This document shows, in pieces, positions 57,526-64,000 of a DNA stretch of 64,000 nucleotides. The position numbers were made by a program, and so were the translations under genes. Under the pieces are notes generated by a model. It saw only the letters and a program-made list of their open reading frames with translations. It was not told the DNA's origin and searched no databases. Source of the DNA: a virus (taxonomy: Duplodnaviria; Heunggongvirae; Uroviricota; Caudoviricetes); IMG/VR virus record IMGVR_UViG_3300032007_001569; one strand, 5' to 3'. Each line of letters starts with the position of its first letter. The stretch's first letter is position 1.

Positions 57526-57813
57526 TTATTCTCTTTTTCCCTGCCGCCGAACGCCGAACGTCCAGCCCGGCAGAATATAGATGAGCGTGCCGCCATGCTT
57601 ATCCTGATAGCCGATATAGGGCTTTTCTTCCGGGTTGCCATGATGGAGCAGGTTATACTGCATGGCCTCCATGAGCGCCGCCGCAATTTCATTCGTCATG
57701 GCCTTTGATTTGGACGTGATTATTTCCTTGCCCTTTTCATCCTTCCTGACGAACGCCAGGAACACGCCCTGCTGATACGTCTTGGGATGGATGTTCTTCC
57801 ATGTAATCCCCAT
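57526..57813 (-). CDS. hypothetical protein
   Basis: 95-aa ORF. Confidence 0.3.
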   Translation of the reverse strand: MGITWKNIHPKTYQQGVFLAFVRKDEKGKEIITSKSKAMTNEIAAALMEAMQYNLLHHGNPEEKPYIGYQDKHGGTLIYILPGWTFGVRRQGKRE

Positions 57814-57822
57814 GTCGTCGCC

Positions 57823-58797
57823 TCACTTCTTCATGGATTCGGCCAGCTCTTCCAGCTCCGCGAAGGCGTTTATATGCGTCTGCGGGTCTGCGTTCGCATT
57901 CTCCATGCCCATAGAATAAGCCAGCCTCAAAAGCTCACGTAGGTCGGCGCTCTCCAGATGGACAACGGGAGAATCCGCATGGGGGGCGGCTGACTTCCCC
58001 TCGATGCAATCCCTGAAAAAGTTTCCGAAATCGTCGTAGTATTTGTGTTGCTTTTCCCGCGTCAAGCCGATGTATGAACGGGTCGTGTTCGCGCTGGAAT
58101 GGTTATAAATCCCCTGCAAAACCTCCATCGAATTGACATCGCCCGCGTGTAGCTCGCGGGAGTATTTGCCGAAGGTCTTCCTGGCGCTGTGGGAGCCGAC
58201 ATTGTACTCAATGCCAAGCTCCTGCGCCGCGCGCTTCAAGGCTTTAAGATAGCCGCTGTAGGACAGGACGCGGCCTTTATAATTTCCCGAAAGCTGGAGG
58301 AACACCGGTGCGGAGAAATCATCCTTCGGGACACAGCCGGTCTTGTCGCAATAGAACCAGATCGCGTTTCTCACTTCCTGATTGATGCGGGGCGCGGCCA
58401 GCTTGCCGGTCTTTTCCTCAGAGATGGAGGCCAGTTCCTCGCGGAAGTTTTCGCGGGCGTCGAAGAAATTCTCCCACTTCAGGGCTAGAATATCGCCAAC
58501 GCGACGCGCCATGTTGCAGCTCAATTCCAGCGCAAGGCGGGGAAGCCACATCTCATGGCTGGTGAAATAATCCACCATGCGGCGCATGTCGTCCATCGAG
58601 AAGGCGTAAACCTCAGACTTGACGCCAGCCTTTTTGTTGCACACCGTCTGCTTGACGGTTCCATCCTTTTTTAGGTGCTGGGGAACGATGCGGATCACGT
58701 TCCCCTCTTCCCTGGTGGTGTACTTCACGGCGGCTTCTGACATGTTCATTCCCTCCTTGCGCTGTTGATGGCTGAAGTATAACTCGGTAATCTTCAT
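57823..58797 (-). CDS. Tyrosine recombinase / phage integrase family protein (second, internal copy)
   Basis: The catalytic region VGSHSARKTFG (HxxR) and LQGIYNHSSANTTRSYIGLT (Tyr nucleophile region) are present, and the gene has its own strong promoter P8. Confidence 0.7.
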   Translation of the reverse strand: MKITELYFSHQQRKEGMNMSEAAVKYTTREEGNVIRIVPQHLKKDGTVKQTVCNKKAGVKSEVYAFSMDDMRRMVDYFTSHEMWLPRLALELSCNMARRVGDILALKWENFFDARENFREELASISEEKTGKLAAPRINQEVRNAIWFYCDKTGCVPKDDFSAPVFLQLSGNYKGRVLSYSGYLKALKRAAQELGIEYNVGSHSARKTFGKYSRELHAGDVNSMEVLQGIYNHSSANTTRSYIGLTREKQHKYYDDFGNFFRDCIEGKSAAPHADSPVVHLESADLRELLRLAYSMGMENANADPQTHINAFAELEELAESMKK

Positions 58798-58804
58798 TTG
58801 TCAA
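58776..58804 (-). promoter_or_regulatory. sigma70-type promoter P8 (conserved module; TTGACA-17-TATACT), upstream of the internal integrase
   Basis: Minus strand AAATTTCAAAAACATGTTGACAAATGAAGATTACCGAGTTATACT. Confidence 0.6.
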
Positions 58805-58828
58805 CATGTTTTTGAAATTTTCCTTCAG

Positions 58829-60715
58829 TTAATTTTTTGAGTCCTTATCAAATGGCGGCTGGTATGTGTTGATAATGGGTTTATGATCCAGTTTGGCATA
58901 ATACGCCAGAACATCGTCATACCACGCGCGGTCAAAGGAGCTATGGCGCATCCGGCGCATGACAACACCGTCATTTTCGCTGACCATTTCCCAAATCAGA
59001 TTATCCGGGATGTCGCCAAGCCAGCCGTCGAAGATCAGATAGTCGTTGCGAAGCCAAATTCTCCGCTGCTGCTTGCCGCGAGACGGCACATAGTCAAGCT
59101 GCACCGCATCGCTGTACTGTGCATAGGTTGTTTTCTTCCAGCTTTTCACCGTGAGACGGATCATTTCTAGCCCACCGAAATCATACATCTTAATGATGGT
59201 GAGACGCTGACCGGGCTGTGGATTCACCCTTGCAAACTGCTCCTGCGTGCTGTTCATCTCCACCGCCAGCTTGTACATGGCGATCTTGAGCCTTTCCATA
59301 TTTTCCGGCAGGGCGCGGATGACGCTTGCGCCAAATCGGATTCCCGGCTTTCCGTTTTCGCCGTAGATTTTCCGCTTCATTGCCTCTTTGTAGATGTCGA
59401 AATTATCCGTATCCCAGGAGGCAATAAGACCATTTGATTCGATGACTTCCACGCTGGTGTCTTCCAGAGTGTCGGCAGCAAATTTATTGTCATTAAGCTG
59501 TTCCTCGGTCATGACCTGCTCGCCCTTGTATTCATTGACGACGCGGGTCTCTTCGCCGACCAGATAGACATAGCGGCAATAATTGTAGCCCTCCGGGTTG
59601 ACGATCAGCTTCATCTCGCCATCGCAGAAGACAGCGACGCACTCATTCTCGAACCATTCCACCGTCTCGCGCTCTTCGGCGGTCATGTTGTCATAGTCGG
59701 TCATGGAGTTGACGCGCCAATCGTCGGTCGCGCTCCCACCCATTCCGGCGACGAAGCTCCAATCATCGAGAAGCTGAGACGTGAAGATGTCATAAAGCCC
59801 CTTTGTGAGATGGACTTCCCGCGTCACGCGGCAAACGCGGCTCTCGTTCGTCCCCTCTTCTTCAATGGAGCGCTCGTATAGGGAAAGAATATTGCACTTG
59901 CAATCCTTCGGGAACACGGCATTCTCGACGAAGTATTCAACATCGCGCGTCACGGCGGCGGCTTCAACTTCGTTGCGCTGCGCCTCTTCAATCTGACGGC
60001 GGCGCTCATACTCCGCGTGTTCGGCCTCGCGCTTGGCGCACATTTCAGCCCATTCGCGCTGCTTCCGCTCTTCCTCTTCACGCTCAAACTCAACCTTGGA
60101 CGCCTGGAAGCGCTGGATCATGTCTGCGATTTCATCGGTCTGCGCCGTCTCGACATAATCATAATGCGCAGAACAATAACCACCGTAGAAATTGTGCCAA
60201 TGATAATCAGCGTAGGGGTCGCTGTCGCCATACTGGAAGCTGTGAGTGTAAGCGGTAATGTAGTCTATGATCGCCTTCAGCTCTTCGCTGTCCTTGGCAA
60301 AGGGCGCGGCCTTGACCTCGCTCCAGAAATCATTGTGGTCATGGACGGTGAAGGACAGACGGCACATCGGGAACCGCTCTTTGATGTGCTTACGGATGAT
60401 CGCGGCGATTTCTTTCGGCTGAAGCTCCTTATCGACGTTGTTCCCGATCCCGTCCGTTCGCGTCATCTTCCAAAGGTCGTAAGGCTCGGCAGGATTAACA
60501 GGCTCAGACGCGACATCCTCCACCATCTGGCCGGAAACCTGGCTGGCGATGTAGCGGGTCTTGTCCGACTGGCGGGCGTACCACATCTTTTGCTTGCCAC
60601 TCCAGCGGAAGCCGCCCAGCTTCATCATGTCGATCACGGACGTTTCCGGCTTGCTCTCAAAATACAGTTCAATCCCATTCTTCGCGGTGTTGTAGACGAC
60701 GCTCACATTAGTCAT
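58829..60715 (-). CDS. hypothetical large protein with a central coiled-coil/acidic region
   Basis: 628 aa with a central ERE-rich segment, downstream of promoter P9. Confidence 0.4.
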   Translation of the reverse strand: MTNVSVVYNTAKNGIELYFESKPETSVIDMMKLGGFRWSGKQKMWYARQSDKTRYIASQVSGQMVEDVASEPVNPAEPYDLWKMTRTDGIGNNVDKELQPKEIAAIIRKHIKERFPMCRLSFTVHDHNDFWSEVKAAPFAKDSEELKAIIDYITAYTHSFQYGDSDPYADYHWHNFYGGYCSAHYDYVETAQTDEIADMIQRFQASKVEFEREEEERKQREWAEMCAKREAEHAEYERRRQIEEAQRNEVEAAAVTRDVEYFVENAVFPKDCKCNILSLYERSIEEEGTNESRVCRVTREVHLTKGLYDIFTSQLLDDWSFVAGMGGSATDDWRVNSMTDYDNMTAEERETVEWFENECVAVFCDGEMKLIVNPEGYNYCRYVYLVGEETRVVNEYKGEQVMTEEQLNDNKFAADTLEDTSVEVIESNGLIASWDTDNFDIYKEAMKRKIYGENGKPGIRFGASVIRALPENMERLKIAMYKLAVEMNSTQEQFARVNPQPGQRLTIIKMYDFGGLEMIRLTVKSWKKTTYAQYSDAVQLDYVPSRGKQQRRIWLRNDYLIFDGWLGDIPDNLIWEMVSENDGVVMRRMRHSSFDRAWYDDVLAYYAKLDHKPIINTYQPPFDKDSKN

Positions 60716-60768
60716 TGTTTTATCCTCCGTTCTTTATTCTGCGGGGTTCCTCCCCTGACTTCGCTTGT

Positions 60769-60797
60769 ATTGTAACTCGGCTATCCGTTATTGTCAA
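60769..60797 (-). promoter_or_regulatory. sigma70-type promoter P9 (conserved module; TTGACA-17-TACAAT)
   Basis: Minus strand AAAAATTTCAAAAACCTATTGACAATAACGGATAGCCGAGTTACAAT. Confidence 0.65.
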
Positions 60798-60977
60798 TAG
60801 GTTTTTGAAATTTTTTTAGATTTTTTCGACCGCTTACTGCGCCAGAAAAACCGCGTTCTTAAAAACGTAAAGTGATTGCAGCGCCCAGCCAGAAAATTCC
60901 CATTCTTAAAAACGGTGTCTCAATGTCACGGGCAGGGCAATCCGTTTTCAAATACCCGAAAATTCTGTACAGGGCAT

Positions 60978-61007
60978 AAAAAAAAAGAAGCGGCTGTTCG
61001 CCGCCTC
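60978..61007 (-). terminator. Rho-independent terminator for minus-strand transcription downstream of ORF 61006-61902
   Basis: On the minus strand a GC hairpin (gaggcggc-gaaca-gccgcttc) is followed by a run of 9 T. Confidence 0.55.
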
Positions 61008-61902
61008 AGTATTCGTCGTATTCCGGTGGACTGACAAGCCCCAAATCATCGTCATATTCACAGGGAACAACGATGTTCTTTCCGTCCGGCATGAAGCGAT
61101 AGCCATTTGCCAGCACCAGCTTTACGGGCATGGGCACCAGATAATCACCGACATTCCCCCGCGCCTCCGCCTCGAAGCGCTCAGGAACGGCCAGGATCGT
61201 GTGCCCCGCGTCCGCCACATAGGTATAAAGATGCTCGATTTCCTGCGGAATATGGCCGGGATAACGGCTCGTCGCCTGGAATACGCGCATGGTTGTGGTA
61301 TCATTCTCACCCGCCGTATAACGCCCGGCGGGGCTTGCCAGCGCCGCCAACTCGTCAATGGAGAATTGATACATTCTTCGTAGCGATCCTTCATAGGCCG
61401 CGCGGCTAAACGGACGTGCCTCAATGTCGTGAACAATGGCGTAAATCTCCATCGACATAGCGCCGGACAAACCGACGCGCCGGATATTGAGCAGTTTCCC
61501 GCGCTCGTCGAACAAATAGATCGTGACAGGATAGCCAGCGCCCTCCAGTGGCAGGGCGTCAAGCCCATGCGCCGCGCCGATATGGGGCGTATAGCTCATA
61601 TCGAAGGAAATATCGCCAAAGAATGCGGTCATGACAAGCAAGTCGTCAAAGCGCGCAGCCGTGAGTTTCAAAGGCGCGCCGGACTTGAAGAGATTGATTT
61701 CATCATCGGCGGGGTCAATCAGATTGCAGACAATCATAATCTCGCCGCCAGCAATGCCGAGTCTCGCTTGGTCATTCATTGCCGCGAAATTCGGATAGGT
61801 ACTTCCGACAGAAAAGGCTTGCATTGTCGCACCGCTCCCTTCAGTTTTTGCCCCATGCGTCCAGAATTTTGAACTGATTGGACGCCAATTTGCCCTCTTC
61901 AT
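61006..61902 (-). CDS. hypothetical protein
   Basis: 298-aa ORF followed by a rho-independent terminator. Confidence 0.35.
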   Translation of the reverse strand: MKRANWRPISSKFWTHGAKTEGSGATMQAFSVGSTYPNFAAMNDQARLGIAGGEIMIVCNLIDPADDEINLFKSGAPLKLTAARFDDLLVMTAFFGDISFDMSYTPHIGAAHGLDALPLEGAGYPVTIYLFDERGKLLNIRRVGLSGAMSMEIYAIVHDIEARPFSRAAYEGSLRRMYQFSIDELAALASPAGRYTAGENDTTTMRVFQATSRYPGHIPQEIEHLYTYVADAGHTILAVPERFEAEARGNVGDYLVPMPVKLVLANGYRFMPDGKNIVVPCEYDDDLGLVSPPEYDEY

Positions 61903-62494
61903 CGGCTGGAGCCGAGAATAAAATCAGAGTTTCATCGTCTTCCAATTTCTTGGATAAATCCTCCGCGTCGCGCCGAGCGGCTTCAATGGTCTTGTATACA
62001 ACCAGCTTGTGCTTGCCGCTCTTGGTTCCGGCCAGCTCATAACCATAGCATTCTCTCATTGTATCATTCTCCTTATCCAATATTTGATCTTCTATTGACC
62101 AAAGCTCATGCTTGACTCTTTCCCGCTCTGAATCATTGAACCACGAACCATCATTCCCCAGGAAGTTTTCAAGCGGAATATTCAGCCTGTCGGCAATCTT
62201 TGACAGATGGGCAAGCGGCATTTTTATATCGCGCTTTTCCGTGAACCATGCCTCAACCGTTGAGCGCGTGACGCCGGTTATCGCCATGACGATACCGTGC
62301 TTATTGCCGTAGCGCTGACGGATATTTGACATATACGGTTCAAAAATCAAATCCACATTGCCTATGATCGTGCTTCTATCCGTGTCGTCGTAGCGCTTGG
62401 CAAGGGCAAGAAAAGCTGGGATGAACTTTTCTGCCCCGTCGAAGCGCCGCAAAAACGCCGCCAGCTCTTCCGCCGTCATCTCATACTTACGCAA
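61841..62494 (-). CDS. XRE-family HTH transcriptional regulator
   Basis: ITGVTRSTVEAW...LSKIADRLNIPLENF is a helix-turn-helix. Confidence 0.55.
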   Translation of the reverse strand: MRKYEMTAEELAAFLRRFDGAEKFIPAFLALAKRYDDTDRSTIIGNVDLIFEPYMSNIRQRYGNKHGIVMAITGVTRSTVEAWFTEKRDIKMPLAHLSKIADRLNIPLENFLGNDGSWFNDSERERVKHELWSIEDQILDKENDTMRECYGYELAGTKSGKHKLVVYKTIEAARRDAEDLSKKLEDDETLILFSAPADEEGKLASNQFKILDAWGKN

Positions 62495-62538
62495 TCAATG
62501 ACACCACCTTCTCGCTGTATTCAATTTATTCTAGCATA

Positions 62539-63708
62539 TCAGGCGGGAATTTGCAATGTTTCCCGCATGGGCTTCATAAATTCCAACATGCCGTCTACGT
62601 TCAACTCATTGGCACCGCCGTCGTTGACCCGGATTGGCAGCAATAGAGCGGTCGTTTTCTCCGTGGTAAACGTGGCGGGAGAAACGATACTATTAAACGT
62701 GACGCGCATTTTGTCCTCATCCATCGCGTTCAATACATCCAGCATATACTTGATGTTGTGGGCAAAGAGGAACAGAGAGTCGTCATAGTCCACATTCACG
62801 GCGCTCACGGCGCAACACTCCAGCTTGTCGGCCAGATAACCAGAGTCAGTAACCAGAGACATCGTAGTAATGCCGCTTCCAATGGCAAGAAACTCGACGT
62901 TCCTCCTGTTCCCTCTGTATTTTGAGTATTCCTTCGCGACGCCGAGCATCTCTTTTGCGCTTGCCTCAATTCCCAGCTTATAGGTCTTGGGAATGATCTG
63001 CTCATACTTGATAAACTCGCCCGCAATCGGGACGATCTCATAGGTGAAATCATCACAGGACAGCTTGACGCACTTCTCGCAGCACTCAATGGACACATCG
63101 CCGTCCTTCTTGTTGACGATCAGGTTTTTCATGTCGGCATAGGTTTCGCCGGGCAGCAGGAGATTGCCGTCGTGCGCCGCGTCCTGAACCTTGACCTTGC
63201 GCAGAACTAGATGGAAGCCGTCAAGCGTGACCATTTCCCTTGTGTTCAGACAGAAAGCCGTCAGAACGGCGCGGGTTTCGTCGTCGCTCCTGGCACCATC
63301 CGTCACCTTGAAAGCGTCCATCAATTCAGGGGTGGCGATGGAGCCAAAGGGCTTGAAAGCATAGTCTTCCCAGTCTCGAATGATTCCCAAATCGCGCAGA
63401 CCGGTGGAACGGCGCTTTTTCTGATTGGCGGCGGTCAGCTTTTTGCCGTCGTCCTCATAGGTCACATCATGATCCAGGCCGCAAATCAGGCTAACGTCGT
63501 CCACATTCACAGCCACAACGCCGGGATCGACCACAAAGGCCGGGACGTGGACAGAAACGCGCTTGTTCGGCTGGACGGCAGTCAGGAACACGGATTCCTC
63601 AGCCGCTTCAAACTTGATGATGGGCGGGATCACCGAACGCTTCGGGAAAGTGGCCGCAACGCGCTTGATCGCAATCGTCATTTCATCGCCATTCACAACA
63701 AATTTCAT
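62539..63708 (-). CDS. DNA polymerase sliding clamp (beta-clamp-like)
   Basis: A 389-aa protein starting MKFVV...IKRV...VIPPI, with the three-domain length and a C-terminal LLPIRV typical of DnaN-like clamps. This is weak similarity only. Confidence 0.45.
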   Translation of the reverse strand: MKFVVNGDEMTIAIKRVAATFPKRSVIPPIIKFEAAEESVFLTAVQPNKRVSVHVPAFVVDPGVVAVNVDDVSLICGLDHDVTYEDDGKKLTAANQKKRRSTGLRDLGIIRDWEDYAFKPFGSIATPELMDAFKVTDGARSDDETRAVLTAFCLNTREMVTLDGFHLVLRKVKVQDAAHDGNLLLPGETYADMKNLIVNKKDGDVSIECCEKCVKLSCDDFTYEIVPIAGEFIKYEQIIPKTYKLGIEASAKEMLGVAKEYSKYRGNRRNVEFLAIGSGITTMSLVTDSGYLADKLECCAVSAVNVDYDDSLFLFAHNIKYMLDVLNAMDEDKMRVTFNSIVSPATFTTEKTTALLLPIRVNDGGANELNVDGMLEFMKPMRETLQIPA

Positions 63709-63732
63709 TGAATTATCCTCCCTTTATCTATG

Positions 63733-63942
63733 TTACGCGATTTCGCGCAGTTTCCGCTGTTGTTCCTTGAACTCTGACACATTCACTTCGTGCTCTTCGC
63801 TTGCCCAGGTCAGCGTTCCGTAATTCTTACAGGCCGGGCAGTTTTCCGTGCCCCGACTGACCAGCATTTCCTTGCCACACATGCAGCACCGCACATGATC
63901 GGCTCTTTCCTCGTGCTTCTTGGTGTAAATCTTGACGCTCAT
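63733..63942 (-). CDS. small zinc-ribbon protein
   Basis: CCMCG...CPAC. Confidence 0.3.
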   Translation of the reverse strand: MSVKIYTKKHEERADHVRCCMCGKEMLVSRGTENCPACKNYGTLTWASEEHEVNVSEFKEQQRKLREIA

Positions 63943-64000
63943 GTCTTTTCTCCTTTGTTTATCGCCGTACCTCGTTTACGGTTATATCTTAGCACATGCC

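Overview
This 64-kb window reads as the replication, nucleotide-metabolism and anti-defence region of an integrated temperate phage-like element, probably in a Firmicutes host. Almost all genes are on the minus strand. A Tn916-type xis/int pair sits at the left edge. The element carries its own replisome: DnaE-type polymerase, DnaB helicase, primase, SSB, Rad52-like annealing protein and a clamp-like protein. Nucleotide metabolism genes are dUTPase, anaerobic RNR NrdD/NrdG split by an HNH endonuclease, ThyX, a guanylate-kinase-like dNMP kinase and a deoxyribosyltransferase-like protein. There are four DNA methyltransferases, an ADP-ribosylglycohydrolase and an RNA end-healing/ligation pair (P-loop kinase-HD plus Rnl). 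At least 12 tRNA genes are present, several of them atypical. The main discovery is a complete diversity-generating retroelement on the minus strand. Its RT (50827-51834) has the DGR-specific LGxxxSQ motif and YMDD. The template repeat is at 51995-52075, an Avd-sized ORF at 52102-52467, and the variable repeat at 52523-52603 inside the 3' end of a 208-aa target (52474-53100) whose C-terminus looks like a C-type-lectin fold. All 15 TR/VR mismatches fall on template adenines at codon positions 1 and 2 (AAC/AAT codons). An IS21-family element (istA/istB, 47641-50400, flanked by an 11-bp direct repeat) lies immediately next to the DGR. Other signals: a family of near-identical sigma70-type promoters with UP-like A/T tracts (9 copies, 4 almost identical over about 55 bp); a 22-24 nt motif repeated 5 times; a tRNA gene interrupted by an 83-nt tRNA-like insert; decayed tandem tRNA pseudogenes; and a 27-bp perfect tandem duplication inside a CDS.
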